A stretch of DNA of 64,000 bases from assembly GCA_025201805.1 (NCBI GenBank), contig MU619247.1, forward strand, positions 157,885 to 221,884, in the 5' to 3' direction. Under the pieces are notes generated by a model that was not told the origin of the DNA, searched no databases, and worked only from the letters and a program-made list of their open reading frames with translations. This stretch comes from Parasitella parasitica NRRL 2501. Its lineage: Eukaryota; Fungi; Mucoromycota. The position numbers were made by a program, and so were the translations under genes. Shown here piece after piece: positions 12,332 to 25,400 of this stretch. Numbering within the stretch: the first letter of the stretch is position 1; every line of letters begins with the position of its first letter.

Positions 12332-13600
12332 AGAGACAGTTAAAGGGAAAAAAGTAAATTATGAACAAAACTGCACACATGACAATGTGTAATGTACACT
12401 GTGCAACATCATATCAACCGGGCTTGGCCTCCCCACCATTCTTAAGCAGTCATGTAGGGAAAAGGAACCCTCTATCATGTTCAAGGGAAATCCAAATGCT
12501 TTAGGAATACACGAATGTTTACATAAGCCTTAGGATGTGATCGATATTATGTCTACGCTATAAACGGTGTAGCTGTCCTCCAGAAAAGAATGGCGGTTTT
12601 TCAACCTAAAAGATACATAATCATGCTTTGAACTATGATGATGGAGGACGAATATCAAGGTACATCAACAGTATCTAGTAGAAGCCTCGCCCATGTTAAG
12701 CTTGCAAATATCGAATCTTAATATATGAGGCTGCACCCTGAGCAAATACTGTAGGGTGTTTACTATTTACACCACTTGAGGTTATTTATTGTATTTATGC
12801 AACGTACGCATAACAGCAACCGTTTTCGAAAGTAAATCTGATGTTATACACAATCCTGTGCATTTATTTCACGAGAAAATGGAAAAACATGCAAAAAGTC
12901 ATGTTGGTAGTATACAACAGTATTACCATAGAAACCCTTTGCTTTAAAGATCCAATAATGTGATGGATTAGTGAATGAGCAGTACATGTATATCTACAGT
13001 ATACAAGCTGATTATTGTTGTATATATTACATATGTTTATTCATGTTAAAGACAAAGGTGTACTCGCTTATTCTGGTTCGAGATGTAGAGTAACGGGTAT
13101 CGTCAGCTTATTAAATTGTTGTTTGGTCATAATGCATACTTGAGATTCACACACAGCATTTCTGCATACATGATTATATTGTATCAATCTTTTTATAATG
13201 ACTATGCAATACTGTAACTAAATATAGAGGAAAGTAATATAGATTAAGGGGTATATTTTATAAGTTATCTCTTTTTCTGCTGATTTTTGTCTCTTGTTCC
13301 CATTCATTTCGACAAAACAAAGACTTGAAAAAGGTACGTGCGGTGTTTAATACATGTTGCACGATCAATCCTAGGCCAAACCTAATTCACGCTTGTTAAT
13401 TCACCATTATTGTTCTGATTTAATACAAAAAAAGACTCGGTTTTATGTAAGTAATATACATCGTATCCATGCCTATTACATAGTATGGGAATATCTTGGA
13501 CAAAACAACAATAAAAAAGATTGACAGCTTTTGTATATGAACACTAGTGATTGCTACTTCTTCCCCCCCTCCTTTTTTTTTTACATTTCGTTGCACATAA

Positions 13601-15245
13601 ATGAGCTTAATGAACAAAAAAACCGCTGCCACTACCGCTGACAGCTCAAGTGGTACTAGCATACCTGAACAAGTGTCGATGGTTGAAGAAGAAAGGCCAA
13701 TAGAACCAACACAAAGCTTTTTACTACCAGGCGTACTAGTTACTACTCTTTTTTTCTTGTGGGGGTTCAGTTACGGATTGCTTGATACATTAAATAAGCA
13801 CTTTAGAAATGTATTGGGGATTTGTAAGTATTTTATACGGTATGCGCATAAAGAAAATGATCTGACTAGCATTGTCGTCATGTAGCAACCACAGAGACTA
13901 CATACATGCAGGTCGCATATTTTGGTGCCTATTTTATCATGAGTATTCCGTGAGTTAATACAATGATCCAAAGAAAATACTGTTTTATTTAAATAATGGA
14001 TGTAGTGCGAGCTTTATTTCGAAAAGATTTGGCTACAAAAAGACGATTATTTTTGGCCTAGGATTATATGTTATCGGTGCGCTTTGTTTCTATCCTTCTG
14101 CTGCAAATTTGAGTTATGGAGGTTTTGTTGGATCGCTATTTGTCATTGCTTGTGGTCTCGCGACCTTGGAAAATTGTTAGTGAATTCAGTAACTCCTGGT
14201 TTGTCACATCTCATCATATGTTTGTGTAGGCGCCAACACCTATATTACCATTATCGGATCAAGAAAATACGCATCTCTTCGCATCAATGCTGCTCAAGGA
14301 TTCAATGGTCTTGCATCTACTATTGCTCCTATTGTAGCATCATATGCTTTCTTTGGGGGTAATGAGGATACGGGGGGAGATCTGGAATCTGTGAAATGGA
14401 CGTATGTTGGCGTTGCGTGTGGTGTATTTGCCATTGGTGTCTTGTTTTGCTTTGCCAACGTCCCAGAAGTTGACGAGGAAACACTAATGGCAGCTGAAGC
14501 TGAGGAGACAGGGGAAGTCGTTCGCAGAGCTTCTATCTTTTCTCCACATCTTTTGTTGGGTGCTTTTACGCAATTCATGTATACAGGCGCACAAGTAGCG
14601 CTTGCTTCCATGTTTATGTTCTACAGTAGCGAAGTTGGGCATATGCCAGACTCTCGAGGTTCTATTATGCTTTCTGTTGGTCAAGCCTGTTTTACTGTAG
14701 GCAGGTTTCTAGGAGCAATTCTACTCAAAATATTCCGCCCTGACTATTTGATGGCCGTATACGCTGCTGGAGCAATTATTACCAACGTATTTATCATTGC
14801 CATAAAGACGCCTGAAACGACTTACGCTCTGATCGTTTTGCTGTTCTTTGAGAGCGTCATGTTTCCCACCATTTTTGCACTGAGCACAAAAGATTTGGGT
14901 AGAAACCATAAGAGAGGTTCGGCTTTAGGTAAGTACTACATTGTATGGCATGTAAAAAGCTACATGATTTATCTCATATAATTCGTCTTGAATGATTTTA
15001 TAGTTATTATGGGTGTCTCAGGCGGTGCTGTACTGCCTCCAATTCAAGCTGTAATTCATGATCACAGTAACGTAAATATTTCTTTTATTATACCTCTTGT
15101 GGCATATGTTGTTGTGTTTTTGTACGGTACCATTGGATGTAGATGGATACGATACGTAGATCAAGACCTTGATAGGGACCATAAGAGTGCCGCAGCATCT
15201 GAACAGGAACATGTAATTGAGCAACTCAATAATAAAGCTTTATAA
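13601..15245 (+). CDS. MFS sugar:H+ symporter, L-fucose permease (FucP/FHS) family, 5 exons
   Basis: LFFLWGFSYGLLDTLNKHF, QVAYFGAYF, GYKKTIIFGL, CGLATLENCANTYI, RINAAQGFNG, FMYTGAQV, FFESVMFPTIFAL, MGVSGGAVLPP. Confidence 0.9.
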
Positions 15246-17481
15246 TTGTAATATCTATACCTTAATAGCATCAATAAAATAAATTAGGTCAATTAGCAAC
15301 AAGCTATTATTGTTGTATTAGGCGAATTTTTCAGTCATAATTGGCATACGGGTTTGATTTATAAAGGATATTGGATATTGTCCACTATTTTATTTTATTT
15401 TTTGTTTTTGCTTATTATTTTGAAAGAAGATACTACGCTCACACAAAAATTGTATGAAAATATAATACCAAAATATACATCGAAATGCTTATATATGTCT
15501 AATGTATATACTTAATAATCAATGGGTGAGGTTTATAGCCAAGTTATGTACAAAAGCAGATATTATCTGCAGAAATAGTACTCTTGTAAATCATGGACTG
15601 CCAACGCAGATCATTAAAGGACACACATTGTTACTATCGGAATTAAGGATGATTTCAATTAAGGCGTTCCTATTCTTTAATTCAAAGCTAATGCTAGCTT
15701 TCAACTAGTTATCAGTAACAGCCAGAAATCTGGGCACATCAGATATATGACTTTTTTTAAAAGATTATCGGCAAAAAACGGTGAATTTCATATAAAAAGT
15801 GCACATCAACACATATAACTTTTCATATATTTGTCTGTTGCCGCAACAGCCAGGAATACGTAGAAAATTTACACAATATTCGATCAAGATTCTGCCATGT
15901 ATTGTAACTGCAGGATCTTTACTGTGATACAGCATGCTAAAAACTCCACAAAGCAGATTTGAAAAGAAACGTTTCTCTAGCATTAGTAGCAATGTCATCT
16001 TCGTTGACATAAATCGACATAATACGTTGGCTAATGAATAACATGTATATTCCTCAATCGCTTGAGCAATGATTGAAAAGATGGGAGCTGACAAATAAGC
16101 AGATATAAAATAAATCTATTCATCACAGCAAATAATTCCTGATTTTTATATCATCATTAAACACTCATTTTAATTCATTTTGACACTTTATTCTACTACA
16201 CAAATAATTATCATGAAATACGATATAAGTAAAGAGCAAGATAGGGGGGTTTTTTTTAAGCTTGACACATGCATATAAGCCTTGTGAACGTAATTTTTTG
16301 TGCAATACAGGTAAACTACCCTCAATATCGTATTGAAGCTATTTACGTGTCTCTTTTATTTCAGCTTCAACAAGGCTTTATTTTGAAATATGCGTTTTAT
16401 CCTTTGCAATAGAATGACTATCAGGCTACTATGGTGCCTCGAGTAAAATGCTGGGAATTTTGATCAATAAAGCATTCTATTATGCCATTACTGGACTTTT
16501 TGAACTTTTAAAATTGTAAAGACGGCTTTATCTCTCTCTTCTTTTAGATTATGCAGGAAGGTCATCTTGGAGTATACTTCTTTTGTAGCCTAGTTAATTT
16601 TGCTTGCAACTTCAGTATATTCTCATCAAGTGGTCTAGTAGCAAGGGGGAAAATTGACTCGGACCTCGCAAATTTACATCGTGATCATTGTACAACTAAA
16701 CTTAATCTAGTGAAGAGGTACCTGCTTTTATATGGGGATTAATACCGTATATGTGATAAATAAATAGAAAAAAAAAAGAAAACGATTCGGGCTGTACCGT
16801 TTTTATGTAAGACAATATATTGGTCTCGTTATTTAATCCATACATAAATCAACAAAAAAAAATCAGCTTATAATTCTACTGTTGCCACACAATTATATCT
16901 AAACAGTGTCAAACTATAAAAGTAGATCCATCCTATGTGAGAATCAAGGAAAATAAGGAGAAATGATTATTGGATCACTGCTGTTGCTTTGGTGGACAAG
17001 ATGAATAATTAAGGAAGTGTCATTTTATAGGTTTCCCATTCACATATACTCAAGTTTGTGGAAAAGAGCCTTGAATTCACACACACACACACGGCATTTT
17101 AGTTTTTGCAATGACTAGCAGTAGATCATATGCATATTGTATGCGCTTCTACCGAATGCGCAAAGAGCGTGTGATACATGATAAGCGTAAAATCCCTTTC
17201 ACAAACCTATACCCTATTTTCACACATTTTAATCCATTACACATACCCATCAAAACGGTACATAATAATATAGCAACCGTTTGAATCAAGACGTAATGTA
17301 CTACTTCCCCACACTTTTTTTTTTTTTTTTTTTAAAAAAAAAACAAAGTGATAATAATGGATAATAGTGTCCATCTTAACCAATTCAAGAAGGCCCTCGC
17401 CAGAATCTACAAATAGAGATCAGTTCGCCCTGTTTTTTCTTCCTTCTTCTTTTTCATCTTTTAAATATAAATATAGTCAAT

Positions 17482-18072
17482 ATGGTGAATATTCCAGTTG
17501 CTCCTGTGGGTCCAGAGACGCAAGGCGTGTTTGTCCAGCAATTGACGCCCATTGCAAACAACCTGGTTGGGTCGTTTTTTGTAGGCTTAATCCCGTTGTT
17601 GTTAGTTTTGGTTCTATTAGGAGTGTTTCGAGTTCCTGCTCATTACTCGTCTTTAGCCGGGCTCATCGTATGGTAGTGTAACCTCATCTCCGAGCTGATT
17701 TACTCTATCAACTAACAAAACTCGCTTTGTAGTATATTCATTGCTATTTTTGGCTGGGACATGCCTGCTCAACAGGCGTTCGAATCAATCGGCAATGGCG
17801 TTGTATTTGCGAATTGGCCCATTATGTGGATCGTAGTTAATGCCATGTACATAAGTTATACAGACAAACTACCAAAACAAGGCAATATTGACGTTTATCG
17901 TACGTACCTGTAGGTTCATTTACAACACAGCTGTTCATTCAGGGATATTCGACTATTTCCGCCGCTGGATCTTGGCTTATACCCCACCTGACACCAGGAT
18001 CATTCTGCTCATCATCGGCTTTAGTTTTGGTGCACTTTTGGAAGGTAAATATATTATAACAATTTGAAGAGG

Positions 18073-18103
<31 letters not shown>

Positions 18104-19703
18104 GTGGTACGAATAGACTTAAATGGCCTCTTGTGTTCATAGGCGTCGCTGGCTTCGGTACTCCAGGTGCAATTTGCTCTTCGTTGATGGTTTCTGTCGG
18201 GTAAAATTGTATAAATTGGGATTTTTATTACGCCAAATTGTACTAACACAGCATAATAACCAGATTTGACCCTTTGGATGCCTTGACCTATACCCTTATT
18301 TTTGACACTACACCCGTAGCATTCGGTGCTTTGGGTATTCCCGTAACCACGCTGGCTTCAATCACTGGCTTACCTGTCATGAAGTTGTCCGCCATGATGG
18401 GTCGTCAACTGCCTTTGCTTAGTTTGTTCTTGCCCACCTACGCTCTTATCTTTTTTGCCGGCTTCAGAGCCGGATTCCTTGAATGCTGGCCAGCCGGCCT
18501 CGTAGCTGGTCTATCCTTTGCTGTCATCCAAGCTGTTTTTGCAAATTTAGTGGGCCCCGAGTTACCAGATCTTATTGCCGGTATCGTTTCTCTCATTTCG
18601 ATCATTATATTCGTTCAATTTTGGAAGCCTAAATACCGACCTGAATTCGAGGCCCATATGGTTGTCTCTAAAGCTGCCAGTAGTGATGAAGAAAACGACG
18701 CAGACAGAGTCTCCAACCATCATAGCAACCAGTCTGAAAAACAACACATTGAGCACAGCTCCAAGGAACCCGCCAAAGAGCAAAGCGACGTTGTACAGTC
18801 TGGTAATTCCTATGGCGGAGAAGGTGTCGTTGCACACGATGGTGCTACATCGATCAAAGAAAGAGGACTGGATATCGAAAAACTGAGTATTCGGGAGACT
18901 TTACTGGCGTGGAGTCCGTGGACGCTGATTGTTGTCGTTGTGATCATGTAAGCGGATGTCCTATTTTTTTTTTTTTTTTTTTTTACTGGTAAAATCATTC
19001 CGTAATAACATGAAAACGTAGCTGGACATTTGCCAAGGTGCCTAGCTATGGAAGAACGCTTGTCCATTGGCCACACCTGCATCAAGAGGTCTATTTAACA
19101 CTCTACGGCAAAAGATACGATGCTATTTGGACGTTTGAACCACTAGCTACGGGTACGGCCATCCTGGTTTCTTCGGTTCCTTTTGCTGCTCTTGTTCTTT
19201 GGAATGGATCTCATCCTCGCGTGTTCTGGCCCGCGTTCCGTCAAACAGTGACCCAACTCTTTTTGCCTATTCTTACCGTGTCCTTTATCATGGCATTTGC
19301 TTATCTCTACAACTATTCTGGAATCGCCTATACCATAGGGTTAACACTGTCATCTGTTGGTAGAGCCTTCCCATTTTTGTCTGCCTGGCTTGGCTGGTTC
19401 GCTTGTTTCCTTTCTGGAAGTGACACGTCTGCTAACTCTCTATTTGGTAATCTGCAAGTCGTGGCTGCACGTGAGATCGGTTTGTCTGCCATCCTCATGG
19501 CGTCGACAAATTCAAGCGGTGCCATCTGTTCTAAAATGATATCTCCTCAAAATTTGACAACAGGCGTATCCACCATTGGGCTTCAAGGTCAGGAGGGTCG
19601 TGTGCTGCGCAGAACCATCTTGCACTCGATCATCATGGTCTGTTTTGTAGGTGCGATGGCTTGCGTCCAACAATACGGTATCCCTGGTATTATTCCGCCT
19701 TGA
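17482..19703 (+). CDS. L-lactate/glycolate permease, LctP family, 6 exons
   Basis: FGALLEGVAGFGTPGAI, TTPVAFGALGIP, MMGRQLPLL, GPELPD, FLSGSDTSANSLFGNLQ and KMISPQNL are LctP/LldP hallmarks. GT-AG introns restore the reading frame. Confidence 0.92.
18076..18103. repeat. (GT)n microsatellite inside a lactate permease intron
   Basis: Run of tg units, directly visible. Confidence 0.9.
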
Positions 19704-19947
19704 TTTCATCCAAACTTGTGTCTTGATATTTTTGTAACCTCAAACATTCCTTGGAATTCTATTTTCGTTGGTTCAATTTAACTCATTTCATGCTAAGCTC
19801 AAATTGTTCATCTCATATTACAGTATATAAATAAACCTGCTTGGATCGTAATGGTATATGCCGTACAAATAGAGGAGAAATCTCAATTTTTGTGCTGTAA
19901 GGATTTGCGCCTCTTGTTGATCTAGAAACTCTTACAACCATATGAAG

Positions 19948-20037
19948 ATCTGATACGCAAACAAACAGATCAGATATGATCAACAATCCCCATTGCATCT
20001 CCGTTAACAGTGATTTAATATCAGATCATCAGATTAA
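19948..20037. promoter_or_regulatory. Cluster of four ATCWGAT boxes (SreA/Fep1-type iron-repressor GATA sites)
   Basis: ATCTGATAC 19948, ATCAGATAT 19969, ATCAGAT 20020, ATCAGATTAA 20028; 150-240 nt upstream of the siderophore transporter ATG. Confidence 0.7.
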
Positions 20038-20187
20038 ATTCAAAATCTATTGATGGATAGAACGGATAGCCTAGAATCTCCAAGAAAAATTTTTCTTTTG
20101 GTTTATAAGACTAAATCCCTTTTTTGCTCTGTGAAAATACCTCCTTTTTTTTTTATTTATATATATATATAATATTTATATCTCATT

Positions 20188-22115
20188 ATGACTGATACTC
20201 CAATTGAGAAATCCTCGTTGGAAGGTGTCAAAATTGTAGAGCTCTACAAGTTTGTTTGGAACAAGTGGGATAAATGGATCATCTTTTCTGCGTAAGTGCT
20301 GTTTTTACAGACGAAAACTATTGTGTTCTCATGTATTTGTTATTGTCAAACCAGCTTGATCCTCTTATCCTGGGCCATTAATTGGGAAACCAACCTCAAT
20401 TTCGCTCTATCTGTCAATGTCACTAGTTTATTCGAAACAAACAATTTGATTAGTCTCTTGCCTACTGTTTTATACATTCTCCAAACTGCACTTTTACCCA
20501 TCTACTCCAAGTTGTCTGACATGTATGGCCGTGCTCAATGCTATACGGTGGCATTGGCATTTTACATTATCTCTTACATCATCATGGCAACTGCCAATAA
20601 CTATGAAACGCTTGTGGTAAGTTATACAAAGTCAAAGAATCAAGGCAAAGAATTAAAGATATAGAATAGGGCGGTCAAGTAGTGTATGCGTTTGGTTACA
20701 GCGGTGCATCCATTCTTGGTCCCATTACCATTGCTGATTTAACCAGTGTCGTTGACCGTGGTTTACTGCAAGGCCTTTACAATGTGCCTAGTCTCATCAA
20801 CATTTTCCTCGCTCCTAAAGCCGGACAAGCCGTATTTGATGCTGGTCAGTGGAGATGGGGCTACGGCATGATCCCAATCATCATTTTCGTCACTTCATTC
20901 CCTCTCGTATTCAGTCTTTGGAAGCTGAATTTCCAGGTGAACAGAGCTGGTCTTTTAAAAGAGTACAGGGATGAACAAAAAAAGATTCGCGAGGAAGAGA
21001 ACCTTACTTTATGGCAAAAGTGCGTTTGGTTTATCGTCGAGATTGACATCATTGGCAGCCTGCTCTTGGTAGCCGGCCTCTGCCTCGTCCTTTTGCCTTT
21101 GGTGCTTGCACTTCCTTCTTGGGGCGGCTGGACTAGCGCAACTACTCTTGCTACGCTCTGCTCTGGTGTTGTTGCCTGGGGTCTCTTTGGTCTGTGGGAG
21201 TGGAAGTTTGCAAAGAAGCCTGTAATCCCCCTGGCATCTTGGGATACCCGAACTCCTCTTTACGGTGTCTGTGCGCTTTCTACAGTCACCATTATCTCTG
21301 CTACAAACTGGCAATTCTTCCTTACATATCTGATGGTGTCTCGCAGAATCAATTCCGAAAAGGCCATCCTGCTCGAGAGAGGCTACAATGTCGCATACAT
21401 CGTCTGCGAAGTTATTGTTGGTTATTTGATGAAGCGATTTCGCGTCTGGAAGCCCTTTGTTTGGGCTGGTGTGTCGTTGATCATTCTCGGTGTCGGCCTG
21501 ATGATCCCTGCTCGTCTTCCCACTTCTTCTGACGCTTTTGTTGTCATCTCTCAGACGATTGTTGGCATTGGATCTGGCTTTTTGTACACACCAATGCTTG
21601 TAGCTATCCAAAGTTCTCTTCCTCACAAGGACATGGCCATTGCCACTGCCATGATGCAAGTGGGTGGCTCTATTGCCGCCAGTATTGGTTCTACTATGGC
21701 TGGTACTATTTGGAATAACATGCTTCCTGGCGAAATTGCCAAGAATGTTCCTGGAGAATACGACTATGCTCAAATTGTAGGCAGCGCTATCTATGCCAGC
21801 CAGCTTCCTGAGCCTCAATGGGAAGGGGTTGTCACTGCCTATGGCCATATCCAAATGGTTCTGTCCATTATTTCCATGTGCATTGCTGTTTTAACATTCT
21901 GCTTCACTATCCCCATGAAGACATTTGGTCTGGAGAACTATAATGAAGACGAGCAACAAGAAAAAGATCAAGTTACACTTGCTGAATCCAACAATAGCAC
22001 TTCAGCGGCTCATAACGACAATGAAAAGACTGAGGCCTATGAACTGGGGCATCCGAATACTGTTACAAATGAACGTGTATCGTCGTCACCTTCCGGCAAC
22101 AAGGATTGCTTGTAA
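20188..22115 (+). CDS. MFS siderophore-iron transporter (ARN/Sit1/MirB family), 3 exons
   Basis: 14-TM pattern; PIYSKLSDMYGRAQ, IADLTSVVDRG, WRWGYGM, EIDIIG, WEWKFAKKPVIP, GGSIAASIGSTMAGTIWNN. ATG at 20188. Confidence 0.88.
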
Positions 22116-22459
22116 CTCGACTAGAAACCGTATTCAGTGTAACATAATATTAATACAATTAGAACAATAATAAGCTTTGAAAAAGAAGCGATTAATAATG
22201 CCAAGCCTATCTCCCAACATTTTTTTTTTTTTTTTTTGTATATATTCTTGCAATAATAAATTCTAATCAACCAGACGTTTGATACCGTATCATATCATGT
22301 TATAGGGCCAATCTTGCACATAGTGGTTAAGTGAATTTTAAATAGAATTGATTTTATTTTAAATATAGAAGCTAAAGATGCCTTTTTTATTTTTTTAGTA
22401 TGAGAGCATCAGGTACAAACAATAATGGAATGAGCGAAAAAAGATATGTATAAAAGTTA

Positions 22460-25400
22460 TCATTCCTCGTCGGTTGTGTAGACTTCTTCTCCACGCTTAC
22501 GACGCTCCATTCTGTCCTTCTTCTTCTTGCGGAGCTCTTTGGAAGACAACTTGGCCTTCTTTTTAGTTTCCACAATCTTGTTGCCATAAGCATCGAATTG
22601 ATCTTCTTTCTCTTCCTCTACAACCTTGGTGGTACCGTTGCCAGAAACCCAGTTATGACCTGAAGGAGTCAAACGACCAGCATCAACCATCCAAACTTCG
22701 TTACAGAGAGCTTCAGTGAATTCACGGTTGTGAGTAACGATGACAACACCACCACCGTAAGCCTTGATAGCCATAGCTAAAGCACCGAGTGATTCACGAT
22801 CCAAGTAATTGGTAGGTTCGTCAAGAACCAACATGTGAGGCTTGTTCCACATGGCAGCACCGATGACAAGCTTGACCTTTTGACCACCGGAAAGACCACG
22901 AATACGAGAGTGAGTGGCGAATTCGGCTTCAAGACCAACATCAGTCAAATGCTTCTCGATTTCCTTGGCAGTAAGAGGGCGGTTAAGACCCATCTTGGCG
23001 GCCTCGGCAGAATCAACTTCAGCAATCTTCTTGCCGAAACCCATATCTTCAAGCTTTTGACGAGAGATCCAAGTGTTATCGACCGAAGAACGGCCAACCC
23101 AAGAGACCTCGTATTCGTAAGATTGCTTGAGCTTTCTACGACCAACGAGTTCCTCGACAGTACGCTTCTCACCATCAATGATGAAGACTTGCTCCAAGGC
23201 CTTCTTGTTGGCCTCGTCGTTCATACGGTCATTCTTGTCAAGCTCTTCACGATCTTCACCGGTAAGATAACGCCATTGAATATACTCATTGGGAGACTTG
23301 TCCAAATGCTTCTCGATATGGTGGAAAGCGTGTTGAGCAACATAGGCAATACGCAAGTTGGGATGCTTCCAGACAGTTCCAATCTCGGACTCGATCTCAC
23401 CAGTCAGCAACTTGATCAAAGTAGACTTACCAGCACCGTTAGGGCCAATAACAGCAACACGAGACGCAAGAGAGCACTGCATGGAGATGTCCATCAATTG
23501 CTTCTTGTCAGAACCAGGGTATTGGAAGTCAACATTCTTCATCTTCAAGATAGCACGCTCCTTGGTCTTGATACCTTCGAGGAGACCAGGCTCAGGGAAG
23601 TTGAAAGAGATTTGAGTGGCCTCGAGAGAGTAGTAAGAGGCAGCACGAGGAACCTTCTTGACAAACTCGGACAAGTTACCGCCATAACGCTTGAGCTTGT
23701 AGTTGGGCTCATAATGGATGATATCAGAGCAGACATGATCCAAGAAACCAGAGTCGTGAGAGACAATGATAGAGGTGACAGTCTTGAGGCCCAAAAGATA
23801 GTTTTCCAACCAGGCAACGTTAACAACATCCAAGTGATTGGTAGGTTCATCCAACAAGAGAATATCAGCGTTCATCAACATGGCGCGAGCAAGAGCAAGC
23901 TTCATCTTCCAACCACCAGAAAGCTCACCAATAGCCATCTTGGTAACCATGACTTCAGAGAAACCGTATTCGAGCAGAATGCTGCGGACTTGCTCGGGAT
24001 CCTTGGTCTCAACACCATCAGAGGCAAGGATAAAATCAACGAGAGGAGTGTCAGCCTCGGAACCATCGATATCGTGCTCGACGTAGACAGTCTTGAGCTC
24101 AGAACGAGGAGGGAAACCTTCGACTTGTTCGTTGGCAATAGCACGCATGAGAGTAGACTTACCACAACCATTAGCACCACAGAGACCATAACGACGGCCA
24201 CGCTTGAGACGGAGAGCAGTACGGTTCAACAAGATCTTGGCACCATAAGCAAGGGAGAACTCACAGTTACAGAGATCCTCACCCTCATCGTCCTCTTCTT
24301 CGTGATCCTTGGGGGTAACAGCTTCCTCACACTTGTTCAAGGCAGCGAAAGCAAGGTTCTCAGCATCGGCAGAAGCATAGAAAGACTTGGCATAAGGAAC
24401 CAGAGACTCTGTCCAGACGTTCTTGAAAAAGTTCTTGGCAACACAAAGAGTGAGAGCAATGTCGTTCATGAACTTGACAGTAGGGGCAAAGGCAGGGTCA
24501 AGATCAACGGGCAAAAGCTCCTTGATGGAAGTCTCAACCTTGGCTTGCTTCTGGACCTTGGTGAACAGCTCAATAGAGGGGTTACCGATACGCTGAAGGG
24601 TAGCGAGAGCTTTTTGAACAACACCACGGCACTCGGGGTCAGCAACGACGTCTTGGACCTTCTCAAGAGCAGGCAAAAGAAGAGGCAAGAAAGGAGCAGC
24701 AACATCGGGATCGTCGACAAGCTTGGACATGTTGTCGATAATCAAAGCAGCCTTACGCTTGATGGGAGTAGCACGCTCGTTCAAACCACGGCCCAAAAGA
24801 GGAACCATGATGGAAAGAGTGGCAGCATCGACTTCTTGGACAAAGGTAGTGGCACCAAGCAAGTGAATGGTTTCAGGGACGTTCTCAGGGTGGTTGATAC
24901 AACCGATGACGGCAGGAATGAAGCGCTCAATATCCTTGTTTTCAATGAGCTTACAGATAACAGCCATAGTATCAGAGGCTTGCTTCTTGACGTCAATCTT
25001 GGTATCCCACATACAGTCAGAGACGGTAGGAATGACATCGGGGATAGCAACAAAGAACTCCTTGGGGTGCACGTTGACCAAATCGACCAGAAGATCAAGC
25101 GCAAGCATCTTGGTTTGCCACTTGCAAGAGTTACCGAGACCTTCGAGGATGTAGGGGACGGTGAGAGAGCAAGCGTTGGGGTTGATCTTCTTGATCAAGT
25201 TGCGGGAAGCTTCAAGAGCAGCAGTCTTGACGGCAGCTTGCTTGTCGGCTTGGAGCTCCAACAAGGTGGGCAACAAGGGCAAGATGTAGGGCTCAACTTG
25301 GCCATCAATAGAGTTGTTGGTAAGGGCAACAAAAGCAGCGACAGCGCCTTGACGAGCACCAGCGCTCTTTTTGTTGTTCAAGTCCTTGGTGAGAGCAGTG

